Below, one piece after another: positions 25,981 to 38,717 of a DNA stretch of 64,000 nt. Source of the stretch: Narcine bancroftii (lineage: Eukaryota); the NCBI RefSeq assembly GCF_036971445.1, contig NC_091480.1, positions 33,418,001 through 33,482,000 on the forward strand, written 5' to 3'. Position 1 is the stretch's first letter. Each line of letters begins with the position of its first letter. The translations under genes were made by a program, and so were the position numbers. The notes beneath the pieces are model-generated. The model worked only from the letters and a program-made list of their open reading frames with translations. It was not told the origin of the DNA and searched no databases.

Positions 25981-26322
25981 CCTGCTTTGCAATTTGTGTA
26001 CATCATCTTGGTTTATTAAAGCTTTTGCTTTTTTGGTGGGGGGGGGGGGGGAACAGAAAAATCAATCAAAATGTATTTAATAACTATTTATGATTTGAGG
26101 TTGTGACTTTGCAGAATAAATCTATCAGTCTGGTACTTGTACAAAAGTGGATTTGTTTCATTCAAGCTTTGAAGCCTCAGTTCTAAGGATGTGAGCATTA
26201 ATGATGCCATTGACAATGGCACTTCCTCACTTTCCAGTATCTATTTATTACATAATTTGATGTACTGGTATATGATGTGATTGTGGAAAACTATTACATT
26301 ATTTTTTCTTGTTTTGATCTAG

Positions 26323-26434
26323 GTGTGATCTGGGCTGCTGTTTAATCCCATGCTTGATAGATGACCTGAAGGATGTGATGCATACTTGTCCAAATTGCAA
26401 AGCTTACATCTATACGTACAAACGTGTGTGTTAA
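26323..26434 (+). CDS. CDIP1: CDIP1 coding exon 4 (end of LITAF domain, stop)
   Basis: Acceptor gatctag|, [36 protein letters not shown]; the exons sum to 636 nt (211 aa plus stop) with both Zn-binding CxxC motifs. Confidence 0.96.
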
Positions 26435-28702
26435 CGCCAAACCTGGCTCTGTCCAAATCTTAAAATGATGATGTTAATGTTAAATTTTGTTTAAATTTTC
26501 ATACATAGTAATGCAGCATTGCCATGTGCTGTTCAACAAACTGATTGCCTTACCTGCAGAATATATTGTTACATTGTATTGTCGGTAAAGTTTTCATCTC
26601 CAAATGAGAAACAAAATATATATCATTACACTTAAAGATGTGGATTTACCAGTAATGCCAAACCTATGGTGAGCACCTTTTTAAAAAGATATCCAGCTTA
26701 AAATCTTGAAGTTGTATATGGATGTGGATTATTGTGTTTGAGAATCAAGAGTAACTAGGGTATCTTTCAAGTCATCCTTCTGTCCCAAAATATTGCCCAC
26801 TGCAGCAATATTTTTGTGACATATTCCATATTGTACAGTTTAATATAAAACCATTTAATATGGTTAATAGAAAATTCAGGAGTTACAAGGCACACTTCAA
26901 AACCCAAGGAAAATAGTTTTGTCATCTGGCATGTGTTGCTACTTAATGAGAACAAATGCATGGATGCTTTGTAATATGTGCATTCTTTCGTTCAAAATTC
27001 CATCGACACAGATCTCAAAAGACTTAATTTTCGAAGTCCATTAGAAAGGTACCAAGGTTACAATGAATGCCAATTTTAGAGGAAAATGATTTTGTAGAGG
27101 TGTTTCTAAAGTACTAATATTTTGTTGCTGCCCTTCTAAGATAAAGCATTAGAGACTCTGAGCCACGACATTTTAGTCATTGTGATTAATAGCAAACTCG
27201 TGTCAATCCAAATCATTTAAATGAACAGAGGATATTTTTTTAAAAATAACATCACATGTAAGCTTCAATACTAAATGTGTATCTAGATTTTGTGGCTCCA
27301 AAGAAAGATTTTTTTCCAGACTTGAGGAATATTGTCTGTTAGGATGACTATTAAGACCTCTTGAAATGTTATAGCAGTGTTTTGAAATACTGTATAGAGC
27401 AGAAATCTTAGAAATTCAGAATATAAAATACCTAAATGCAGTTTTGAAGTATTGCTTTTGCTAAAACCTGCTGCTTATGTGAACTTGCACTTTGCTTTCA
27501 TGTTTGTAATGTACAACTTGCATTATGAATGTATAAAGAATTATTACAAATGCTGTTCTGCTTTGAAAATGTTATTTGAAGACCCATGTAGTAGAAAATA
27601 CATTTGTTCAGTGTACAATGAGTATGCATGTGGCTGATTTTTCTCCACCTAAAATGTGGTGGCTTTTAACGTCTAACTTATCCACCATTTATGAGTTAGG
27701 GAGAACTGGTTGATGAGAAGCAGCAGTTGTCACTAGTTGCAAAACACTATTTCAGTATTCTTAAATGTATTACAGAAGTAATATTTCAATTTTGTGCACA
27801 AACTGGCTTTTTTGATGCGACTACACAATTAAGGTCAATGTTAACATTTACCAAACTTGTCTGGATTTAAGCTCAAAAGTATTTTCTAATTCTCAGTTTA
27901 TTGGTGAATCAGTGCAAGGATATTGCAGGTTATTTGCATGTAGCACTTTTAAATTCAAAGTATGATAAATTATACAGTGTAAGCGTAAAGTATTATGTGA
28001 AATATAGGCATGGACAAAACAGAAATTCCCATTCACAAAATAACAGCCAGTTCTGTTGGAATTCATGTATTTTAATGGTGATCATCAAATGGAAGCAAAT
28101 GGGCTACATACAGTATATAGCAAAAAGTAATAATTATAATAAACAAGAGGAACAGATCTTTCCAACTGGATTGTGGACGTGGGTAAGTAGGTCAGTATTT
28201 TAAATTGGTGATCTAACAATTGTAAAATATTGGACATTTTTAAAAAAAATGTCCAAAATAAATCCATTTGTTTTAAAAACATTGCATAATCATGTGGCTT
28301 TTTAAGCGCTTCTGCAACAGAAATGTTGAAAAATTCAATTTTAAATCATTATTTGAATTGATTACTTTCTATCTATTTAAATAACTTGTAGCACAAAACA
28401 GATAAAAATAGCATCTCAAAGGCATTGGGTAGACTATAGAAATGAAGGATGAACTTTCTGTAAATGTCAGTCTTTAGTTTGCATACCTTTGAAGCCGACA
28501 TGATTCGTTTTCTTGCCTTCATGGTGTCGTTTGTTTTGCACTTAGTATGTCTATTATTTAAATCTCATCTTTTGAAAGGTTTTTACTATAGGCTGTTCCT
28601 CTTAAATTATGGATTTTTTAAAATGTGGAAGATGCCTTGTAAGTATATAATTTTGTGAACAAATTATTTAATCGTGCATTCTCAATGTTCATTTTGAAAG
28701 CC

Positions 28703-28708
28703 AATAAA
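28703..28708 (+). terminator. Probable CDIP1 polyadenylation signal
   Basis: AATAAA followed ~20 nt later by a GT/T-rich element (ctttgttttgctcttgttt); an alternative AATAAA lies near 28257. Confidence 0.5.
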
Positions 28709-28794
28709 TGTTAACAATATTACTTTGTTTTGCTCTTGTTTAAGATGAATTCTTTATTCAAGAACACTAATTCCCTCCATTCCATAACTTCTCT

Positions 28795-29345
28795 TGTTGC
28801 TGGGGGTCTGTATTGGGAACCCTACCTAGACAGAGAACATACCAGCTGCCAATCAAGGTTTGGCTTTGGCCATCCATTAGTGCAAACCTTGTTGATGGAC
28901 CCATGTAAATTACCTGGACTGGACTCTCCAGCATGCCTGTACTTGATCTTGGGCCATTGGCTGTTGTAATTGGATTGACCCTCCTGGCATTTCACCAATT
29001 GACTTTGCTAATGACCTGGTCTGGACCCTCCAGCACTATAAAGGTGCCATGTGTTCTCTTTTTGCTTCACTCCAGGCCTAGAAATGTGAAAGGGTTTGGA
29101 GTGTTTAATTAGTGCCCCTTATAGCATAGACCCATGCCTATGGGTGGTGGGGCATCGTAGTGTTTTCGTGATCATTGTATGTACCAGTTCATGTATATGT
29201 ATTTTGTTCCCATGCTATTTTCCTCACGTTCATTATTATCCACTCTTACTTTCCCATGGCTGCTGTAAACTGTATCCATGCACCCAGAGTCCTTGCCTTT
29301 GAGGCCTACCAAACCTCTTTCTGCACTCGCACCAGGGTTCAAACT
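28795..29345 (+). mobile_element. Possible solo LTR
   Basis: A ~550 bp block more GC-rich than its flanks, starting TGTTG, with an internal TATAAA (~29037) and an LTR-like end (..accagggttcaaac). No clear TSD. Confidence 0.25.
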
Positions 29346-30645
29346 GTTAAATCTTTTTTCAGGATTATCGAATGAGATTATTCATGTTGAATTGAGGAAT
29401 AGAAAATGGGGCAATTACACTGCCAGGAATGTACCATAGGCCAAAAACAAGATGGAGCTATGGAAAAAAAAGTAAATTAGGATCATAGCTGAATCAAGTA
29501 TATAGAAGGTGCAGATTTTGTTAAAATTAAATGCTGAAAATCATTTTTACATGAGACGAACAAGAGACCAGTTTTGTTTTCGGACATGAATTTGAATAAA
29601 GTTGTATTGATATGCTCTCTGAGAACATTTTTATTAGCTTTAGCATCTTTAATGCAAAAAACAATTGTACTTGAAAAGCATTCATATGCTTTCATACAAG
29701 AATCATTTGGCTTGACAAAATACAGCAAGGTCTCAAAAAATGAAGGTATTAATTTGCAAATAATAATTAGCTGTGTGTGCTGCCTTAGTTGCAAGGTGCT
29801 TGGTACATGATGATCAGGATTTTTTTTTTTTTTACACATACCTACTGCTCCTTGAACGTACGTAGACAATTGTAGAAACCTTGCTGTTGAGACCAAGGTT
29901 CTACTATAAATGCTTACTAGTTTAAGGCACAGCAGGTATAAGGTGTGGAAAGTAGAGTCACAACCTTTCAAGTAAATGCAATAGCAATATGGACTGTACA
30001 AAAATTTGCTGAAAAAATTGAGAAACTTGAAGAAAAAGATGGTTGAGTACTGCGTTGTGTACAACATGAAACCAAAGTAAGGTGAACCAAAAAAAACCTA
30101 TTTCTCTTGAAATATCAAAAAAGAAATGTGGATTTCTGTTAGTTGAAAGGATCAGAGAAAAAGTAGATTTTCCCCCTAAGAGTAATGGTGTCTTAGAATG
30201 AATTGAGAATGGTGTAGATTGAAACCCTCGTGTTTAAGACTGGCTGAGCTCACAGCTGTAATTTATCAGGATGTGGCAAATGAACCCAAGTAGGTTTATT
30301 TTTGGTTTGCATCTGGGTTACACATTTCTATACTTCTAAGTTCAAGATCAATTTTATTCAGAACCCAGTTAGTTGCACAAAAATTGGACATGTGACCACA
30401 AGATAGCCGGACCCTTCAAATCAATTGAAGCTCGTCAAGAAAATGTAGCAAGTAACCCAAAGCATTTATACAACCAAATCATGAAAAATTCTAAACTAAC
30501 ATAAATGTAGAGAAACTACAAATGAATTACACTTTAATGAGTTTAGATAAAAACATCACCAGATTATGTAACTATTACTGAAAGTTGTTTGCCCTCTTCA
30601 TCTCAAAGCAAGTTGGAAGATTCTTTCAGTTCTTAGCACAAAATT

Positions 30646-30773
30646 TTAATCTCTCCACCGATGTCCACACCCTGGGTTGCAGCACTTGTAAAATGTGGTC
30701 ATGGGTTCATCAGCAGATCGTGTTTGTATTTGCATGAAATATGCTCGAGGATGCTCACATTTGGGACATGGCT
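30646..30773 (-). CDS. POLR3K: POLR3K (RNA polymerase III subunit RPC10/C11) last exon
   Basis: Acceptor tatgcag|, EPCPKCEHPRAYFMQIQTRSADEPMTTFYKCCNPGCGHRWRD*; TFIIS-like zinc ribbon with the RSADEP motif; 128 nt. Confidence 0.97.
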
Positions 30774-31049
30774 CTGCATAAATGGAGGGGGGGGGGGGGA
30801 GGAGAGAGAGAGAAAATGAACCTTCTGAAATAATTAAATCTACTTTTTGAGTCCTATTTGTATAGAGAGCAAATATGACCAAACAGCTTGTTACCTTTAC
30901 ATGAACCCCCCCCCCAGGTTCCATTCCTGAGAACTGTTCATAAATCAGAAATGGACAAATCCAGTGCTAGGGAGTAGAAATCCCAGAAACTGACAGGAGG
31001 AAGAGCAGCCTTACTCCCTCTGTTTACAAGCAAGTCTGCTCAGCACTCC

Positions 31050-32165
31050 TTGCTCTCAACTTCATTCACTTTGATACCAGTTTCCACCCCAACCTCAAAT
31101 TCACATGGTCCATCTCCAGTAACATTCTCTCCTTTCTTGATCTTTCTGACTCCATTTTGGGAGACCAGCTTTCCATACATTTTTTAATTCCATTACTCTT
31201 GACTACACTTCCTCACACCAGTCTTACACAAGGATTCTATTCCTTTCTCTTCTCCATTGCATCTGTTCCCAAGATGAGGTCTTCTATTCCAGATCGTCTG
31301 AAATGTCCTTCTTCCACAAATGTGGCTTCCCCTCCACCACCATTAACTAAGCATCCCTCCATTTCCTGCTCATCTGCCTGACCCCTTGTGCAACAAACAC
31401 AGGATTCCCCTTGTCCCTTCCTACCACCCTCTGAATCCAACACATTATCCTCCGGAATTTCCGCCACCTCCAAAATGATCCCTCCGTGATCCTCACTTCT
31501 ACCTTCGAGGGTAACCATTCCATCCATAACTGCCTCATCCATTCATCCCTTCCCATCAATCGCCCCTTTGGCACCTTCCTCTGAGGCTACAAGTGCCACA
31601 TTGACACGCACACCTTCATCCTCACCACCATTTGGGGCCCCAGTCCTTTCAAGTGAAGCAACATCTGTGTATCTGCGGGAGTGATCTACTGCATCTGGAC
31701 CTCCCTTGTGGCTGTCTCTACATCAGAGACACTGGGAGATCACTTTGCTGAGCACCTTCCCTCTGTCTACATCTGTGATAGGGATCTCCCAGTGGCCAAC
31801 TCCCATGCTAATAGGTCTGCCCATGGCCTCGTGTACTGTCATTACCAAGACCACCCGAAAATTGGAGGAGTTGCTCAATTTTCTGTCTGGGCACCCTCCA
31901 ACTGGATGCCATTACATTGATTTCTCTGGTTTCTGTGAGCCTACTCTGTCACCCTCCCTTCCCATTTCCCTTGTCTTCTTTCCTCCAGCTCTCCACCACT
32001 TCCCTTCTCTTTTTCACCCCCCCCACCCCACAATTTTGTTCAGGTGCCTGCCTACACTTTGAAATACCTTGAAGGGCTCAAGCCCAAAATGTTGGTTATG
32101 TATCTATCTTTGCTACACAAAGTTTGACCTGCTGAGTTTCACCAGCATCGTGTTTTTACTTCAGA
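31050..32165 (+). mobile_element. Penelope-like element (RT C-terminus, GIY-YIG endonuclease and tail), decayed
   Basis: Remnants FHPNLKFTWSIS, PFLDLS, LDYTSSH, then SAGVIYCIW...ETLGDHFAEHL (GIY-YIG), followed by the tail. Confidence 0.8.
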
Positions 32166-32499
32166 ACACAAGCTGCGAAGCAGATCTTTGCAAATTGTGT
32201 CATGCCATTATATTAACAACTTAGCTACTTTGATCCACATCATTGACAACATGTGGTTTAAAGGAAGTTACATTATAAAAACTAACTGGATCTGCAAATA
32301 TTTTTAACTTTTGAACTACGTTGTGTTTTATTAACATATTCCAAAATTTTAAAAGCAAATTTGCATTCTAAAATTACTAATAATGGGCTTTGCACATTCA
32401 CCTTTATAAAATTACTACATCAGTTCAGGATTTCCACAACAATCGTAGAAAAGTCCAAATCCCCATTTCAAATAAAATTTTGTTTCACGTGTACCATAC

Positions 32500-32587
32500 C
32501 TGCTGTCGAGTCAACATTTTCCCAAGCTGCAGCACCACCTAATACATCATCAACTTCTTTCAGTTTAGGATATTTTCTATTGGTCAC
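32500..32587 (-). CDS. POLR3K: POLR3K exon 2
   Basis: Acceptor ttttggaag|, VTNRKYPKLKEVDDVLGGAAAWENVDSTA, donor G|GTATGG; 88 nt, in phase with the last exon. Confidence 0.96.
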
Positions 32588-32759
32588 CTTCCAAAACAAA
32601 AGAAAAATACAACAAAATCTATTCAGTATGACATCATAATCTATATGTGAAGGAAGAAAGAAGCCTTAATTTGACATGTAATACTCTCCTACACGGTGTT
32701 TATCAAACTCTTCTATGTACAATTTAGGAAAGTAATTGGGCTAGTTTTTAAACACCTAT

Positions 32760-33170
32760 TGCCTCCTTTTCCCCTGCCTCCACCTTCCTCCCCCATCCCT
32801 GCCTCCACCTCTCCCCCTCCCTTCCTGCCCTCCTCCCTCCCCCCTCCCTGCCTCCCCCCTCCCTGCCTCCCCCCTCCCTGCCTCCCCCCTCCCTGCCTCC
32901 CCCTCCCTGCCTCCACCCTCCCTTCCTCCCCATCACTGCCTTCATCTCTCTCTCCTCCCCCCCCTTCCTCCACCTCCCCCCTCCCTTCCCCCCTCCCTTC
33001 TCCCCATCACAGCCTCCACCCCTCCCTCTCCACCCCCTCCCTCTCCACCCCCTCCCCTCCTCCCCTCCCTCTCCTCCCTCTCCTCCCCCTCCCTCTCCTC
33101 CTCCTCCTTCTCCCCCTCACTCTCCTCCCCCTCCCTTCCTCCCCCTCGCTCTCCTCCCCCTCCCTTCCTC
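32760..33170. repeat. C/T-rich low-complexity lead-in, including (ccctgcctcccccct)n
   Basis: 15-bp tandem unit at ~32835-32910 followed by irregular C/T runs. Confidence 0.8.
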
Positions 33171-36100
33171 CCCCCATCACTGCCTCCCCCCGACCCATCA
33201 CTGCCTCCCCTCGCTCTCCTCCCCCTCCCTTCCTCCCCCCGCCCCATCACTGCCTCCCCCCGCCCCATCACTGCCTCCCCCCCGCCCCATCACTGCCTCC
33301 CCCCGCCCCATCACTGCCTCCCCCCCGCCCATCACTGCCTCCCCCGCCCCATCACTGCCTCCCCCGCCCCATCACTGCCTCCACCTCTCCCCCCGCCCCA
33401 TCACTGCCTCCATCTCTCCCCCCCTCCCCATCACTGCCTCCACCTCTCCCCCCCGCCCCATCACTGCCTGCCCCCACCCCATCACTGCCTCCCCCCACCC
33501 CATCACTGCCTCCCCCCACCCCATCACTGCCTCCCCCCTGCCCCATCACTGCCTCCCACCCCGCCCCATCACTGCCTCCCCCCCGCCCCATCACTGCCTC
33601 CCCCCGCCCCATCACTGCCTCCCCCCGCCCCATCACTGCCTCCCCCCCGCCCCATCACTGCCTCCCCCCGCCCCATCACTGCCTCCCCCCCCGCCCCATC
33701 ACTGCCCCCCCGCCCCATCACTGCCTCCACCTCCCCCGCCCCATCACTGCCTCCACCTCTCTCCCCCCCGCCCCATCACTGCCTCCACCTCTCCCCCCCC
33801 GCCCCATCACTGCCTCCACCTCCCCCCCCGCCCCATCACTGCCTCCACCTCTCCCCCCCGCCCCATCTCTGCCTCCACCTCTCCCCCCCCGCCCCATCAC
33901 TGCCTCCACCTCTCCCCCCCGCCCCATCACTGCCTCCACCTCTCCCCCCCCGCCCCATCACTGCCTCCACCTCTCCCCCCCCGCCCCATCACTGCCTCCA
34001 CCTCTCCCCCCGCCCCATCACTGCCTCCTCCTCTTCCCCCGCCCCATCACTGCCTCCACCTCTCCCCCCCCGCCCCATCACTGCCTCCACCTCTCCCCCC
34101 CGCCCCATCACTGCCTCCACCTCTCCCCCCCCGCCCCATCACTGCCTCCACCTCTCCCCCCCGCCCCATCACTGCCTCCACCTCTCCCCCCCCGCCCCAT
34201 CACTGCCTCCACCTCTCCCCCCCGCCCCATCACTGCCTCCACCTCTCCCCCCCCGCCCATCACTGCCTCCACCTCTCCCCCCGCCCCATCACTGCCTCCA
34301 CCTCTCCCCCCCGCCCCATCACTGCCTCCACCTCTCCCCCCCGCCCCATCACTGCCTCCACCTCTCCCCCCCCCGCCCCATCACTGCCTCCACCTCTCCC
34401 CCCGCCCATCACTGCCTCCTCCTCTTCCCCCGCCCCATCACTGCCTCCACCTCTCACCCCGCCCCATCACTGCCTCCACCTCTCCCCCCCCGCCCCATCA
34501 CTGCCTCCACCTCTCCCCCCCGCCCCATCACTGCCTCCACCTCTCCCCCCCCGCCCCATCACTGCCTCCACCTCTCCCCCCCGCCCCATCACTGCCTCCT
34601 CCTCTTCCCCATCACTGCCTCCACCTCTCCCCCCCCGCCCCATCACTGCCTCCACCTCTCCCCCCCGCCCCATCACTGCCTCCACCTCTCCCCCCCCGCC
34701 CCATCACTGCCTCCACCTCTCCCCCCCGCCCCATCACTGCCTCCACCTCTTCCCCCCCGCCCCATCACTGCCTCCACCTCTCCCCCCCCGCCCCATCACT
34801 GCCTCCACCTCTCCCCCCGCCCCATCACTGCCTCCTCCTCTCCCCCCGCCCCATCACTGCCTCCTCCTCTTCCCCCGCCCCATCACTGCCTCCACCTCTC
34901 CCCCCCCGCCCCATCACTGCCTCCACCTCTCCCCCCGCCCCATCACTGCCTCCACCTCTCCCCCCCGCCCCATCACTGCCTCCACCTCTCCCCCCCCGCC
35001 CCATCACTGCCTCCACCTCTCCCCCCCGCCCCATCACTGCCTCCACCTCTCCCCCCCGCCCCATCACTGCCTCCACCTCTCCCCCCCCGCCCCATCCCTG
35101 CCTCCACCTCTCCCCCCCCGCCCCATCACTGCCTCCACCTCTCCCCCCCCGCCCCATCACTGCCTCCACCTCTCCCCCCCGCCCCATCACTGCCTCCACC
35201 TCTCCCCCCCCGCCCCATCACTGCCTCCACCTCTCCCCCCCCGCCCCATCACTGCCTCCACCTCTCCCCCCCCGCCCCATCACTGCCTCCACCTCTCCCC
35301 CCCCCGCCCCATCACTGCCTCCACCTCTCCCCCCCGCCCCATCACTGCCTCCTCCTCTTCCCGCGCCCCATCACTGCCTCCTCCTCTTCCCCCGCCCCAT
35401 CACTGCCTCCACCTCTCCCCCCCGCCCCATCACTGCCTCCACCTCTCCCCCCCGCCCCATCACTGCCTCCACCTCTCCCCCCCGCCCCATCACTGCCTCC
35501 ACCTCTCCCCCCCCGCCCCATCACTGCCTCCACCTCTCCCCCCCCGCCCCATCACTGCCTCCACCTCTCCCCCCCGCCCCATCACTGCCTCCACCTCTCC
35601 CCCCCGCACCATCACTGCCTCCACCTCTCCCCCCCCGCCCCATCACTGCCTCCACCTCTCCCCCCCCGCCCCATCACTGCCTCCACCTCTCCCCCCCGCC
35701 CCATCACTGCCTCCACCTCTCCCCCCCGCCCCATCACTGCCTCCACCTCTCCCCCCGCCCCATCACTGCCTCCTCCTCTTCCCCCGCCCCATCACTGCCT
35801 CCACCTCTCCCCCCCGCCCCATCACTGCCTCCACCTCTCCCCCCGCCCCATCACTGCCTCCACCTCTCCCCCCCGCCCCATCACTGCCTCCACCTCTCCC
35901 CCCCCGCCCCATCACTGCCTCCACCTCTCCCCCCCCGCCCCATCACTGCCTCCACCTCTCCCCCCCCGCCCCATCACTGCCTCCACCTCTCCCCCCCCGC
36001 CCCATCACTGCCTCCACCTCTCCCCCCCGCCCCATCACTGCCTCCACCTCTCCCCCCCGCCCCATCACTGCCTCCACCTCTCCCCCCCGCCCCATCACTG

Positions 36101-38505
36101 CCTCCACCTCTCCCCCCGCCCCATCACTGCCTCCTCCTCTCCCCCCGCCCCATCACTGCCTCCTCCTCTTCCCCCGCCCCATCACTGCCTCCACCTCTCC
36201 CCCCCCGCCCCATCACTGCCTCCACCTCTCCCCCCCGCCCCATCACTGCCTCCACCTCTCCCCCCCGCCCCATCACTGCCTCCACCTCTCCCCCCCCGCC
36301 CCATCACTGCCTCCACCTCTCCCCCCCGCCCCATCACTGCCTCCACCTCTCCCCCCCCGCCCCATCACTGCCTCCACCTCTCCCCCCCGCCCCATCTCTG
36401 CCTCCACCTCTCCCCCCCGCCCCATCACTGCCTCCACCTCTCCCCCCCCGCCCCATCACTGCCTCCACCTCTCCCCCCCCGCCCCATCACTGCCTCCACC
36501 TCTCCCCCCCCGCCCCATCACTGCCTCCACCTCTCCCCCCGCCCCATCACTGCCTCCACCTCTCCCCCCGCCCCATCACTGCCTCCTCCTCTTCCCCCGC
36601 CCCATCACTGCCTCCACCTCTCCCCCCCCGCCCCATCACTGCCTCCACCTCTCCCCCCCGCCCCATCACTGCCTCCACCTCTCCCCCCCGCCCCATCACT
36701 GCCTCCACCTCTCCCCCCCGCCCCATCACTGCCTCCACCTCTCCCCCCCGCCCCATCACTGCCTCCACCTCTCCCCCCCCGCCCCATCACTGCCTCCACC
36801 TCTCCCCCCCCGCCCCATCACTGCCTCCACCTCTCCCCCCGCCCCATCACTGCCTCCACCTCCCCCCCCGCCCCATCACTGCCTCCACCTCTCCCCCCCC
36901 GCCCCATCACTGCCTCCACCTCTCCCCCCCCGCCCCATCACTGCCTCCACCTCTCCCCCCGCCCCATCACTGCCTCCTCCTCTTCCCCCGCCCCATCACT
37001 GCCTCCACCTCTCCCCCCCCGCCCCATCACTGCCTCCACCTCTCCCCCCCCAGCCCCATCACTGCCTCCACCTCCCCCCCGCCCCATCACTGCCTCCACC
37101 TCTCCCCCCCGCCCCATCACTGCCTCCACCTCTCCCCCCCCGCCCCATCACTGCCTCCTCCTCTTCCCCATCACTGCCTCCACCTCTCCCCCCCCGCCCC
37201 ATCACTGCCTCCACCTCTCCCCCCCCGCCCCATCACTGCCTCCACCTCTCCCCCCCCGCCCCATCACTGCCTCCACCTCTCCCCCCCGCCCCATCACTGC
37301 CTCCACCTCTCCCCCCCCGCCCCATCACTGCCTCCACCTCTCTCCCCCCGCCCCATCACTGCCTCCACCTCTCCCCCCCGCCCCATCACTGCCTCCACCT
37401 CTCCCCCCGCCCCATCACTGCCTCCTCCTCTTCCCCATCACTGCCTCCACCTCTCCCCCCCCGCCCCATCACTGCCTCCACCTCTCCCCCCCCGCCCCAT
37501 CACTGCCTCCACCTCTCCCCCCCCGCCCCATCACTGCCTCCACCTCTCCCCCCCCGCCCCATCACTGCCTCCACCTCTCCCCCCCCACCCCCCGCCCCAT
37601 CACTGCCTCCACCTCTCCCCCCGCCCCATCACTGCCTCCTCCTCTTCCCCCGCCCCATCACTGCCTCCACCTCTCACCCCGCCCCATCACTGCCTCCACC
37701 TCTCCCCCCCCGCCCCATCACTGCCTCCACCTCTCCCCCCCGCCCCATCACTGCCTCCACCTCTCCCCCCCCGCCCCATCACTGCCTCCACCTCTCCCCC
37801 CCCGCCCCATCACTGCCTCCTCCTCTTCCCCATCACTGCCTCCACCTCTCCCCCCCCGCCCCATCACTGCCTCCACCTCTCCCCCCCCGCCCCATCACTG
37901 CCTCCACCTCTCCCCCCCCGCCCCATCACTGCCTCCACCTCTCCCCCCCGCCCCATCACTGCCTCCACCTCTTCCCCCCCGCCCCATCACTGCCTCCACC
38001 TCTCCCCCCCCGCCCCATCACTGCCTCCACCTCTCCCCCCGCCCCATCACTGCCTCCTCCTCTCCCCCCGCCCCATCACTGCCTCCTCCTCTTCCCCCGC
38101 CCCATCACTGCCTCCACCTCTCCCCCCCCGCCCCATCACTGCCTCCACCTCTCCCCCCCGCCCCATCACTGCCTCCACCTCTCCCCCCCGCCCCATCACT
38201 GCCTCCACCTCTCCCCCCCCGCCCCATCACTGCCTCCACCTCTCCCCCCCGCCCCATCACTGCCTCCACCTCTCCCCCCCCGCCCCATCACTGCCTCCAC
38301 CTCTCCCCCCCCGCCCCATCCCTGCCTCCACCTCTCCCCCCCCGCCCCATCACTGCCTCCACCTCTCCCCCCCCGCCCCATCACTGCCTCCACCTCTCCC
38401 CCCCGCCCATCCCTGCCTCCACCTCTCCCCCCCCCCGCCCCATCCCTGCCTCCACCTCTCCCCCCCCCCCCGCCCCATCACTGCCTCCACCTCTCCCCCC
38501 ATCCC
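33170..38505. repeat. Minisatellite in POLR3K intron 1, unit ~30 bp GCCCCATCACTGCCTCCACCTCTC(C)n
   Basis: Direct tandem repeats: ~20-bp units up to ~33720, then roughly 160 units of ~29-32 bp that vary mainly in C-run length. Confidence 0.98.
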
Positions 38506-38517
38506 TCTGCTGGACCA

Positions 38518-38717
38518 NNNNNNNNNNNNNNNNNNNNNNNNNNNNNNNNNNNNNNNNNNNNNNNNNNNNNNNNNNNNNNNNNNNNNNNNNNNNNNNNNNN
38601 NNNNNNNNNNNNNNNNNNNNNNNNNNNNNNNNNNNNNNNNNNNNNNNNNNNNNNNNNNNNNNNNNNNNNNNNNNNNNNNNNNNNNNNNNNNNNNNNNNNN
38701 NNNNNNNNNNNNNNNNN
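38518..38717. other. Assembly gap (200 N), expected site of POLR3K exon 1
   Basis: N run between the POLR3K intron 1 minisatellite and the SNRNP25 5' region. Confidence 0.95.

Noticed and set aside
33170-38505. Regular ~30-bp repeats resembling a CRISPR array
   Set aside because: Head-to-tail units with no unique spacers, no cas genes, and a eukaryotic intronic context.
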